Of a DNA stretch of 64,000 nucleotides, positions 8,474 to 17,804 are shown one piece after another. Under the pieces are notes generated by a model. It was not told where the DNA came from. It ran no database searches and saw nothing but the letters and a program-made list of their open reading frames with translations. Each line of letters begins with the position of its first letter. Position 1 is the stretch's first letter. Location of the stretch: positions 19,567 to 83,566 of the forward strand of contig JAFTOF010000005.1 in assembly GCA_017451505.1 (NCBI GenBank), in the 5' to 3' direction. Source of the stretch: Clostridia bacterium (GTDB lineage: Bacteria; Bacillota; Clostridia; UMGS1883). Position numbers and translations under genes: made by a program.

Positions 8474-11400
8474 TGGAAAGTTATACTCTCAGCACGGCGT
8501 TTCCCAACGCAGAGTGTGAAAAGTGCCTCGAGAATGTAAAGGTGACTAAGATTTTGGCAGATGCCAAAAATCGCACTATTACTGCCACGGCACAGTCTGA
8601 TGAAATAATTGAATATTCCACCGTGGAAAGATTTATAGAAAACGTGAAGCGTTCTTACGGACTCAGTGATTTTCATCTGGAGCTTTCATTTTCAGGCGAT
8701 GCCTCTGCAGATGAGAACAGTATTCAAAGCTGTATTAAATTTTGCATAGAAGAACTTAGAAAAGAAAATCCCCTCTGGGCAATGGTGCTTGATAGCTGTA
8801 TTTGCGAGGAGAATGGCGAAAATATAAAAATTCTTCTTCGTCACGGAAACCGAGAGCTTCTTACAGAGGATGGCGTTGACAGAAAAATTTCACAGCTTAT
8901 TGAAGCTCACTTTGATATTAAAAAAGAGGTTTTGTTCGGGGAAGATGAGATGAGTGTGGAAACAAAGCTTGATCCCATTTTTACCCCCAAGGAAAATACT
9001 GCTCCTAAGAAAATTGTATCAGTAGCCGCAGAGGGTGCATTGATAGGTAAGCCCTTCACAGTTAATGACCTTACCAATATAAAGGATATTGATAATTATG
9101 CGGGACAGTGTATGATTTGCGGCGACATCTTCGGACTTGACTCAAGGGAAATTACCAAGATTAAAAAAAGCATTGTATCTTTTTACATAACAGATTACAC
9201 AGGCTCTCTTACCTGTAAATGCTTCGTTCCTATTGCGGCAACGGAGGAGGTAATGGGAGCACTGAAGAAAACGGGCACTGTAGCAGTCAGAGGAAAAGCG
9301 GAAATGGACAGCTTTTCTCACGAACTGACTATTATGGCAAGGGATATTGTTCCCTATTCCATGCCCAAGGAAAGTGATGATGCAGAGGAAAAGCGTGTGG
9401 AGCTTCACGCTCACAGTAAATCCTCGGCAATGGATGCCGTTGTCAGTGCAAAGGACCTCGTTAAACAGGCGATGAAGTACGGACATAAGGCAATTGCAAT
9501 TACCGATCACGGCTGCGTGCAGGCATTTCCCGAAGCATTCCATACTGCGGATGAAACTATTAAAATTCTTTACGGATGTGAGGGCTATCTTATTGAGGCA
9601 GGTGCACCTCTTGTCAGGGAAACCAAGCGTTACCATATAATTATTTTTGCACAGAACCTTACAGGACTTAAAAATTTGTACAAGCTTGTAAGTGCATCTA
9701 ATCTTGACTATTTTTACAGAAAACCCCTTATCCCCCGTGATGTGCTTGATGCACACAGGGAGGGACTTATATTAGGCTCTGCGTGCGAAGCAGGGGAGCT
9801 TTTCCGTGCAGTGCTTGCGGGAGAAGATGAGGAGAAGATTGAAAGAATCGCCTCCTATTACGACTACCTTGAGGTGCAGCCTATAGGCAACAATGAGTAT
9901 CTTGTCCGTAACGGCACTGTGCCTGACAGGGAGGCTCTTTGCGAGCTTAACAGAAAAATCATTGCCCTTGGAGAAAAAATGGGAAAGATGGTTGTTGCAA
10001 CGGGGGACGTTCATTTTCTCCGCAAGCGTGATGAAATTTTCAGACGTATTCTGCAAGCAGGTCAGGGATTCCCCGATGCCGATATGCAGGCACCGCTTTA
10101 TTTCAGAAATACCCAAGAAATGCTTGATGAATTTAACTACCTGCCTCCCGAAAAGGCATATGAAATTGTAGTTACAAATACAAATAAAATTGCCGATATG
10201 ATTGAAAATATCCGTCCTGTTCCAAAGGGAAACTTCCCCCCGAAAATCGAGGGTAGTGCAGAGGATATTGAAAGAATTGCAAGGGAAACGGCAGAAAATC
10301 TTTACGGAACTCCGCTTCCTCAGGTTGTAGAGGACAGGCTTCAAAGGGAGCTTAAAAGCGTCATCGGTAACGGCTACGCCGACCTTTATAACATTGCGAG
10401 GCTTCTTGTAAAGCACTCCCGTGAGGAGGGGTATGTTGTAGGCTCTCGTGGCAGTGTAGGCTCGTCGTTTCTTGCCTATTGTGCACAGATAACGGAAGTT
10501 AACAGCCTTCCGCCCCATTACCGTTGTCCGAAGTGTAAAAACACCGAATTTGTCAATGATGAACGCTACGACTCAGGCCATGATATGCCCGATGCAAACT
10601 GCCCCAAATGCGGCACACCTTATGTAAAGGACGGTCACAATATCCCCTTTGAAACCTTCCTTGGCTTTAAAGGCGACAAACAGCCCGACATTGACCTTAA
10701 CTTCTCAGGCGAAAATCAGGCAAGTGCCCACAAATACACTGAGGAAATTTTTGGTGAGGGATACGTTTTCCGTGCAGGTACGGTGAGTACCGTCGCAGAA
10801 AAAACTGCGTACGGCTACGTCCGCAAATATTTTGAAGCAAAGGGCATAAATGTTCACAATGCCGAAATTGAAAGATTGAAGCAAGGCGTTATGAACGTAA
10901 AAACCACCACGGGTCAGCATCCCGGTGGTGTTATCGTACTTCCTAAGGGACATGATATTCATGAATTTACACCTATTCAGCACCCCGCGGAAAAGAAAGA
11001 GAGCGGTATAATAACCACGCACTTTGACTATCACAGTATTGACGAAAACCTGCTAAAGCTGGATATCTTAGGCCACGATGACCCGACTATGATTCGTATG
11101 CTTCAGGACCTTACGGGGGTAGACCCCACCGAGGTTCCTCTTGATGATAAAAAGGTAATGAGCCTGTTCCTTAACACAGAAGCATTAGGTGTAACACCTG
11201 AGAATATAGGAAGCGAAACGGGAACCTTTGCCGTGCCTGAATTCGGTACGAAGTTTGTTCGTCAGATGCTTGTTGATACAAAGCCTACCTCATTGGGCGA
11301 GCTTATCCGTATTTCGGGACTTTCCCACGGAACGGATGTGTGGACCAATAACGCCCAGCTTCTTGTGCAGAACGGCACATGTACACTTCGTAACGCTATT

Positions 11401-12105
11401 TGCTGTCGTGACGATATTATGATTTATCTCATTAACAGAGGGCTTCCTCCTGAGCGTGCCTTTAAAATTATGGAGCAGGTACGTAAGGGTAAAAAGCTTA
11501 AACCCGAGGATGAGGCTGAAATGAGGGAACATAATGTGCCCGAATGGTATATTGAATCATGTAACAAAATTCAGTATATGTTCCCACGTGCTCATGCGGC
11601 AGCATATGTTACAATGTCACTTAGAGTAGCTTATTTTAAGGTGCATTATCCCGTTGCATTTTATCAGTCCTATTACACGGTTCGTGCCGACACCTTTGAC
11701 TATGAAACCATGGCAACGGGCAGGGAAAATTTACTTCTTAAAATGCGTGACCTTCAGCAGATGGAAAACCCTTCCGCACGTGATAAGGCAACCCTTACTA
11801 TTATGGAGGTTGTCAATGAAATGTACGCACGCGGAATCGAGTTTATGCCGATAGATATTTATCTCTCCCACCCCACCAAGTATCTTAATATAAACGGTAA
11901 AATTCTTCCTGCATTAAATAGCATTGCAGGAATGGGTGACAGGGCGGCACAGTCAATTGCCGATGCGAGGGAAAAAGGAAAATTCTTCTCAATCGATGAC
12001 TTTAAACAGCGTACCAGCGTCAGCGAAACGCATATTGAGCTTTTAAAGAGCTTCGGCTGCTTTAAGGGTATACCGCAAAGTGCACAGGTAAGCTTGTTTG
12101 ATTAA
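8473..12105 (+). CDS. polC: DNA polymerase III PolC-type, lacking the inserted 3'-5' exonuclease domain
   Basis: OB fold, PHP RVELHAHS/AITDHG, VGSRGSVGSS, CPKC Zn finger, PDIDLNFSG, TTGQHPGG, KLDILGHDDPT; TGATG overlap with ispG. Confidence 0.95.
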   Translation: MESYTLSTAFPNAECEKCLENVKVTKILADAKNRTITATAQSDEIIEYSTVERFIENVKRSYGLSDFHLELSFSGDASADENSIQSCIKFCIEELRKENPLWAMVLDSCICEENGENIKILLRHGNRELLTEDGVDRKISQLIEAHFDIKKEVLFGEDEMSVETKLDPIFTPKENTAPKKIVSVAAEGALIGKPFTVNDLTNIKDIDNYAGQCMICGDIFGLDSREITKIKKSIVSFYITDYTGSLTCKCFVPIAATEEVMGALKKTGTVAVRGKAEMDSFSHELTIMARDIVPYSMPKESDDAEEKRVELHAHSKSSAMDAVVSAKDLVKQAMKYGHKAIAITDHGCVQAFPEAFHTADETIKILYGCEGYLIEAGAPLVRETKRYHIIIFAQNLTGLKNLYKLVSASNLDYFYRKPLIPRDVLDAHREGLILGSACEAGELFRAVLAGEDEEKIERIASYYDYLEVQPIGNNEYLVRNGTVPDREALCELNRKIIALGEKMGKMVVATGDVHFLRKRDEIFRRILQAGQGFPDADMQAPLYFRNTQEMLDEFNYLPPEKAYEIVVTNTNKIADMIENIRPVPKGNFPPKIEGSAEDIERIARETAENLYGTPLPQVVEDRLQRELKSVIGNGYADLYNIARLLVKHSREEGYVVGSRGSVGSSFLAYCAQITEVNSLPPHYRCPKCKNTEFVNDERYDSGHDMPDANCPKCGTPYVKDGHNIPFETFLGFKGDKQPDIDLNFSGENQASAHKYTEEIFGEGYVFRAGTVSTVAEKTAYGYVRKYFEAKGINVHNAEIERLKQGVMNVKTTTGQHPGGVIVLPKGHDIHEFTPIQHPAEKKESGIITTHFDYHSIDENLLKLDILGHDDPTMIRMLQDLTGVDPTEVPLDDKKVMSLFLNTEALGVTPENIGSETGTFAVPEFGTKFVRQMLVDTKPTSLGELIRISGLSHGTDVWTNNAQLLVQNGTCTLRNAICCRDDIMIYLINRGLPPERAFKIMEQVRKGKKLKPEDEAEMREHNVPEWYIESCNKIQYMFPRAHAAAYVTMSLRVAYFKVHYPVAFYQSYYTVRADTFDYETMATGRENLLLKMRDLQQMENPSARDKATLTIMEVVNEMYARGIEFMPIDIYLSHPTKYLNINGKILPALNSIAGMGDRAAQSIADAREKGKFFSIDDFKQRTSVSETHIELLKSFGCFKGIPQSAQVSLFD

Positions 12106-12107
12106 AC

Positions 12108-12159
12108 GAAAATACAGAGGGCGGAAAAAGTTTACACTTTTTCCGCCCTCTGTATTTTC
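12108..12159. terminator. Bidirectional terminator between polC and the PHP gene
   Basis: gaaaatacagagggcggaaaaag/ctttttccgccctctgtattttc long stem. Confidence 0.85.
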
Positions 12160-12173
12160 ATTATTCATTTGTT

Positions 12174-13169
12174 TTATCCCAAAAGCTTCTCTATGGGATA
12201 CGCATTTGAGCTTGCGGTCTTGCCCGATTTATCAACTATTGTTACTCTCACATATTTTGAATCGGGGAATACCTTGTACTCTGCGTGGTTTATTACTTCG
12301 CCCTTCTTTGCACAAAAATGCTTTGCACGGCGATTGGATGCTGTGAAAATAATCTCGACCGCATCAGAACAATCAACATTCATCATGTCATCCTCCATCC
12401 ACAGTGAGTGAATGTCAGGACCTTGCGAAGCATAAAAATTTCCGTCTAAAAGTGCCTGTGTTACGGTGCGGTAATCAAGCTTATCCGCCTTAATCATAGT
12501 CCAGCTAAGCCCGCTTCCGCTCATAAGGGTGGGACGGTTATGGCTGTCATCACCGCCTACGCAGTAAATCATCTTTCCGCCGCGGAGCATATCGTCATAA
12601 ACACGGGGATTATATTCATGCCCGTTATACATTTCCATAGCGTGCATATTGTTATAACTCATGTACTGAGGATAGCTTTCAAGCGAGCCTGTAGGGTGGT
12701 TGTATGTAGTAAAGAAGCCGTGCTTTCTGCCCTCTGCAAACATATCGCTGATACATTCTCCAGTATAGAATCTTTCATAATCAGGCTCATCTTCATAAAA
12801 TTGAATTTGGTCGCGGTATTCTACAGCGTGTGCGTAAAGATATTCACTTCTGTGCCAGCATGCCTGCTTAAGATTATCAGGCTCAATGGCAATGAAATTA
12901 ATATGGCAGGTTTCCATATTTGCCCAGTCAGGTGTTCCCTTGCCGTTAATTTCCATTTCATAACCATTTAAAGCAAGGAATTTATCATCGCACAAATGAG
13001 AGCGGTCAAGCATGATATCATGGTCAGTATATGCCACGATATCATAACCAAGCTCCATAAAAACCTGCTTTACCTCCTCCGGTGTAGCACTGCCGTCCGA
13101 CTGGCAGGTATGTGCATGAAGGTTTGCCTTGTAAAATCTGCCTGTTTCAGGAATTAAAAACTTTTTCAT
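12174..13169 (-). CDS. PHP-domain metallohydrolase (CehA/McbA-like)
   Basis: YKANLHAHTCQSDG, AYTDHD, NHP, GGDDSH, GNFYASQGP. Confidence 0.85.
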   Translation of the reverse strand: MKKFLIPETGRFYKANLHAHTCQSDGSATPEEVKQVFMELGYDIVAYTDHDIMLDRSHLCDDKFLALNGYEMEINGKGTPDWANMETCHINFIAIEPDNLKQACWHRSEYLYAHAVEYRDQIQFYEDEPDYERFYTGECISDMFAEGRKHGFFTTYNHPTGSLESYPQYMSYNNMHAMEMYNGHEYNPRVYDDMLRGGKMIYCVGGDDSHNRPTLMSGSGLSWTMIKADKLDYRTVTQALLDGNFYASQGPDIHSLWMEDDMMNVDCSDAVEIIFTASNRRAKHFCAKKGEVINHAEYKVFPDSKYVRVTIVDKSGKTASSNAYPIEKLLG

Positions 13170-13340
13170 CGTCAGCATCTCCAATCATATTAACTATAAA
13201 AAGTTTATCACACCCTCAATTCGCTGTCAAGTTTAAAAAAGTTTAAAATATGTGCACAAAAGTTCAAGAAATAACTATTGAAAAAACAATCTATATGCTA
13301 TATGATATAGTATATAAAATTTCTCTGAGGAGTGATTTTA

Positions 13341-14981
13341 GTGAATAATCCTTTTAAGACAAAAAAAGATTTCCAAAAGTGTGTTGTAGATTTGGTAAAT
13401 CCTTTAAAACCGTATTATAACGTCGAGTTAGCGGAGCTTAAATACGGAGTTCATTCGTCGGGTGCAAGTGAAAAGGTACAGCGTACCGAGGCTTTTATAC
13501 GTCCGCTTTGGGGACTTGCTCCTCTTTGGTCGGGAGGTGGTGATTGCGGAGATTTTGCAGAAATTTATCGCACAGGGATAATAAATGGAACCGACCCTGA
13601 TAGCCCTGCCTATTGGGGGACACTTGCAAATGGCGGACAGGTGCTTTGCGAATCTCCCTGTGTGATGCTTTCCCTTGTTCTTGCAAAGGACAAGCTTTGG
13701 GAGCCGCTTACCGATAAACAAAAAGAAAATATCGTAAATTGGATTCATAGCAGCCGAGGTGCAAGGCATGCAAACAATAACTGGAACTTTTTCCAGGTGC
13801 TTGACCACGTGTGTCTTAAAAAGCTCGGTCAGTCCTACAGTCAGGAAATAATAGACGAAAAGCTTCAGATAATTGAATCCTTCTACCGTGGGGACGGCTG
13901 GTATTCCGATGGCAATTTAAATCGGAGATTTGATTATTACATCGCCTTTGCGTTTCATTTCTACGGGCTTATTTATGCAAAGCTCATGGAAAAGGACGAT
14001 CCCGAAAGAAGTAAGCTTTTCAAAGAACGTGCCATTCTTTATGCAAAGCACTTCATATATTGGTTTGACGAGGAGGGGAGAGAGGTTCCCTTTGGAAGAA
14101 GCCTTCCTTACCGATTTGCACATATTGCTTTCTGGAGTGCGTGCCTTTTTGCAGGGATTGAGCCTTTTCCCATTCCTGTTATTAAAGGTATCATTTCCCG
14201 CAATCTCCGATGGTGGATAAAAAAGCCTATATTTGACCATGCAGGAATCCTTACCGTGGGATATGGTTATCCGCAGACTAATATGGCGGAGGAATACACC
14301 TGCTTTGGCTCTCCTTATTGGTGCATGAAATCATTCTTGCTCCTGGCACTTCCCGATAGCCACGCATTTTGGACTGCAGAGGAAGCACCGCTTCCGGCTC
14401 TTGAAAAAGTACATATTATAAAGCCTGCAAATATGGTGGTTCAGCGTATGAACGGATATACCTGCCTTCTTCCCACAGGGCAGCAGGGAGGAAATGCTAA
14501 CCATAGCTGGGAGAAGTACGGAAAATTCTGCTACAGCTCAAAGTATGCATTCAGCATAGCAGGCACATATTTTAATAAGGACGCGGCAGGCGGTGACAAT
14601 ATGCTGATGTTTGAAAAGCACGGATACTACTTTATCCGTCGGGACTGCATGGAGTACAAAGTCAATGACGATGCAAGTGTATATTCAAAATGGTCGCCTT
14701 TTGACGGCGTGACAGTTGAAACGCTTGTAATCCCCACCGATGACGGTCATATACGCAGACACACTATTGAATCTGACGGAGAATATATAGCCTACGACTG
14801 CGGATTTGGGCTTTTTGAAGACAGCGGCGATGTGATAAGTGAAACAGGCGAAAAGGAAGAAATATTGACTTGTCCCAATCTTAATCTTTACGACCCACGC
14901 AGACTTCATATGAAAGCCGTTAAATATATTATCCCCAAGGGGAAATCCCAATTTGAAACACGTGTAATATATCCAAAGTAA
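13341..14981 (+). CDS. DUF2264 family protein (putative alpha/alpha-barrel carbohydrate-active enzyme)
   Basis: EAFIRPLWGLAP, GTDPDSPAYWG, NNWNFF, GDGWYSDG, DYYIAFAFHFY, GRSLPYRFA, GSPYW. Confidence 0.85.
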   Translation: MNNPFKTKKDFQKCVVDLVNPLKPYYNVELAELKYGVHSSGASEKVQRTEAFIRPLWGLAPLWSGGGDCGDFAEIYRTGIINGTDPDSPAYWGTLANGGQVLCESPCVMLSLVLAKDKLWEPLTDKQKENIVNWIHSSRGARHANNNWNFFQVLDHVCLKKLGQSYSQEIIDEKLQIIESFYRGDGWYSDGNLNRRFDYYIAFAFHFYGLIYAKLMEKDDPERSKLFKERAILYAKHFIYWFDEEGREVPFGRSLPYRFAHIAFWSACLFAGIEPFPIPVIKGIISRNLRWWIKKPIFDHAGILTVGYGYPQTNMAEEYTCFGSPYWCMKSFLLLALPDSHAFWTAEEAPLPALEKVHIIKPANMVVQRMNGYTCLLPTGQQGGNANHSWEKYGKFCYSSKYAFSIAGTYFNKDAAGGDNMLMFEKHGYYFIRRDCMEYKVNDDASVYSKWSPFDGVTVETLVIPTDDGHIRRHTIESDGEYIAYDCGFGLFEDSGDVISETGEKEEILTCPNLNLYDPRRLHMKAVKYIIPKGKSQFETRVIYPK

Positions 14982-15252
14982 TTTAAGTTTGTGCATATTG
15001 CACAAATGTTGATTTTGCATAAACATTTTTGGAATTTTTTGCATTTTATATGTTTATGTTCGGTAAACATATGTAAAAAACAGTAAAAATGCACATAAAA
15101 TGAAAAATGAGTTTATGAAAATTGTATTATATGACGCTTTTTTTGACAAAAAAACAGCGGATTTTTGTGTAAAATTACTTTTGCAAAAATCCGTTGTTTG
15201 TTTTGTTATATTTTAAGGGTAAAATACCAGAATAAAAGTTTGGTTCATAATA

Positions 15253-15281
15253 TTGACACAATGCCCAAACTATGGTAATAT
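15253..15281 (+). promoter_or_regulatory. SigA promoter of the ABC permease pair
   Basis: TTGACA-N17-TAATAT. Confidence 0.55.
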
Positions 15282-15320
15282 ATCTATATGACATAAAAAA
15301 GGAAAAAAGGATTGGTGATT

Positions 15321-16238
15321 ATGGCAAAAACAGGTTCACTTCGTCAGGCGAAGCTGAAAATCGAAATCCAGTCTTATCTTATGATAGGATTGCAGCTCCT
15401 GGGCTTCTTCGTTTTCAGCCTCTATCCCATACTCTGGGTTTTCAGATATGGATTTTACGATTATGACGGCGTTACGGCAACATGGTGCGGCTTTGAAAAC
15501 TTTGTCCGTGCTTTCACCCGTGATGCACTTTATTGGAAGAGTGTTCTCAACACATTTATTATCGCTTACGGTAAGCTTATAGTTGAGATTCCTCTTGCGT
15601 TTTTGATAGCACTTGCTCTTACAAGCGGTCTTGTAAAGTTTAAGCGTGTATTCATGGTAGGTTATTACCTTCCTAAGATGACTGGTATTGCAGTTAACTG
15701 TCTTATCTTTACATATATGTTCGCTACAGTAAATGGTCCTATCAATAATATCCTTTTGGATATCGGTATCATCAGTGAACCTATTGCATGGCTCGGTGCT
15801 AAATGGACTGCCCTTGCAGTTATCATGATTCGAAGCACATGGGCAGGCTTCTCGACAAACGTTCTTTACTTCATGGCGGGTGTTAGTAACGTTTCTGAGG
15901 ATTGTGTAGAGGCTGCAAAGGTTGACGGTGCTAATTCAAAGCAGGTATTCTTCAAGATTACCCTTCCCATGCTCGCACCGGTTCTTAAGACTATTCTCAT
16001 GCTTGCTATGGTTAACGGTATGAAGGTATATCAGGACGTTATGCTTCTTACCAACGGTGCACCCGGCGGTAGTACAAACGTTGTAATGCTCTACCTCTAC
16101 CAGTTGTATTTTGAAACAGACGGTATTAAGGCTCAGTACGGTTATGCGTCCACTCTTGGTATTATCACTACATTTATCATCGGCGGCGTTACCCTTATCT
16201 ATTTGAGACTTACAAAGAATGCTGACGAGGTGGGTTGA
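15321..16238 (+). CDS. Carbohydrate ABC transporter permease (MalF-like)
   Basis: GFENF, EAAKVDGAN..QVFFKITLPML EAA loop, YGYAST. Confidence 0.92.
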   Translation: MAKTGSLRQAKLKIEIQSYLMIGLQLLGFFVFSLYPILWVFRYGFYDYDGVTATWCGFENFVRAFTRDALYWKSVLNTFIIAYGKLIVEIPLAFLIALALTSGLVKFKRVFMVGYYLPKMTGIAVNCLIFTYMFATVNGPINNILLDIGIISEPIAWLGAKWTALAVIMIRSTWAGFSTNVLYFMAGVSNVSEDCVEAAKVDGANSKQVFFKITLPMLAPVLKTILMLAMVNGMKVYQDVMLLTNGAPGGSTNVVMLYLYQLYFETDGIKAQYGYASTLGIITTFIIGGVTLIYLRLTKNADEVG

Positions 16239-16240
16239 TT

Positions 16241-17383
16241 ATGAAATTTATATTAACTTTATTAAAAACTATTCCCACTATGCTTTTGTTCGCTGTAACA
16301 GGTCTGGTGGCAGGTCTTGGCTGGACACTTTATAATGTTATTGCAAACGGTGCAGAGATTGGTATTTCATCACTTTTTGTAATTGTTATAGGTAATGTAA
16401 TCGGTGCATATGTTGTTGACTTCTTCGCCGAGAAAAAAGGCGGCTCAAAGAAGTGGTTCATGCTTGGATTCCTTTTTGGTATCTTTGCATTTATAGCAAC
16501 ATTCTTTATGAAAAAGAATGACAACGTAGTAAAGAGAAATGTATTCAACGGAAAGCGTTTCTTCTCAATTATTCTACATATAGCTTTGAGTGCATTCCTT
16601 GTAGTAGTATTCTATCCTTTCCTTGTAGGTCTTTTCAGCTCCTTCAAGACACAGCGTGAAATCCTCATTTCACCTAATATTCTTCCGGAAACATGGCAGG
16701 TTACAAACTACATCACTGCATGGACAGAAGCAAACTTTGCACAGTATACATTTAATACAGTATGGTACACATTTTTCACCATATGTATAACAGTTCTTAC
16801 TTCTACAGTTAACGGTTATGCGTTTGCTCGCGGTGAATTCCGTGGTAAGAGTGCAATATTCGTTTTGTTCACCTCGTTGATGTTCGTTACACTCGGTTCA
16901 TCTTCTCTTTATCCCACAATGCAGCTTATGAAGATGTTCCACCTCAATACTTCTCTTTGGGGTCTTATCATTAAGGGCTTCTTCGCAATTCATATTGCGG
17001 ATATGTACCTTGTTCGCGGATTCATCAATCAGCTTCCCAAGGAGCTTGACGAGGCTGCAACCATCGACGGATGCGGATTCGTAGGAATTTTCTTCAGAAT
17101 TATTCTTCCGCTCCTTAAGCCCATGGTTGCTACACTTGTAATCCTTACCTTCGGTCATGCTTGGAACGATTATCTGTGGCCCATGATTGTTACAATGGGT
17201 AACCCCGAAGGTCAGCCTCTTTCAGTTGGTCTTCGTGCCCTTCAGTCAAGCGGTGAGGGTGCTGCTTCATGGCACATCATCATGGCAGGTTCGATGATTT
17301 CTGCACTTCCCATGATGATTATGTACCTCATCTTTAACAAGTACTTTGTAAAGGGTCTTGCTGCAGGTGCCGTAAAGGGTTAA
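16241..17383 (+). CDS. Carbohydrate ABC transporter permease (MalG-like) with extra N-terminal membrane domain
   Basis: LPKELDEAATIDGC EAA loop, WNDYLWP, C-terminal GLAAGAVKG; about 100 extra hydrophobic N-terminal residues. Confidence 0.9.
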   Translation: MKFILTLLKTIPTMLLFAVTGLVAGLGWTLYNVIANGAEIGISSLFVIVIGNVIGAYVVDFFAEKKGGSKKWFMLGFLFGIFAFIATFFMKKNDNVVKRNVFNGKRFFSIILHIALSAFLVVVFYPFLVGLFSSFKTQREILISPNILPETWQVTNYITAWTEANFAQYTFNTVWYTFFTICITVLTSTVNGYAFARGEFRGKSAIFVLFTSLMFVTLGSSSLYPTMQLMKMFHLNTSLWGLIIKGFFAIHIADMYLVRGFINQLPKELDEAATIDGCGFVGIFFRIILPLLKPMVATLVILTFGHAWNDYLWPMIVTMGNPEGQPLSVGLRALQSSGEGAASWHIIMAGSMISALPMMIMYLIFNKYFVKGLAAGAVKG

Positions 17384-17402
17384 TAAACAAATTACGCAAA
17401 TT

Positions 17403-17443
17403 AAAAGTACAGAGCTTCTTTTGAAAAGGCTCTGTACTTTTTT
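17403..17443 (+). terminator. Rho-independent terminator
   Basis: aaaagtacagagc/gctctgtactttt plus T run. Confidence 0.8.
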
Positions 17444-17529
17444 GCTATTTTTGACCTGTCCCGCTTTTCCCGCTTTGCTCGCAATTTTTATGTTGACAAA
17501 CCTTAGGAGGATGTGTTATCATTAAAAAT

Positions 17530-17776
17530 AGTGGTGATGAATGTGTGTAAGTAGGATTTGCACCGCACTTCAAAGAGAGGGGAAGTCATTGGGCTGTAAG
17601 CTTTCCCGTTGTGCACAGGTCTGAATTTCAGCACAGGAGCCTTCTGCGAAAAGCTCTTGCGTTAAGCAGAACGTGATACTGCGTTAAGGTGTAAAAGTGC
17701 AAAGCTTTTGCTTTGAATAAGGGTGGTACCGCGAGAACTCTCGTCCCTTTGTGGGGTGAGGGTGTTTTTATTTTTA
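17530..17776 (+). ncRNA. T-box riboswitch (Phe specifier)
   Basis: AGTA, AGAGAG and GGCTGTAA stem I motifs; specifier TTC at 17627-17629; T-box AATAAGGGTGGTACCGCG at 17716-17733; terminator and T run; precedes pheS. Confidence 0.93.
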
Positions 17777-17804
17777 TTACATAAATCGAAGGAGGTATAT
17801 TCGT

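Noticed and set aside
12174-13169. Stand-alone PHP gene next to the exo-less polC as a trans proofreader
   Set aside because: It is convergent, separated by a strong terminator, and resembles CehA/McbA-like hydrolases that accompany sugar-utilisation genes; adjacency alone is not evidence
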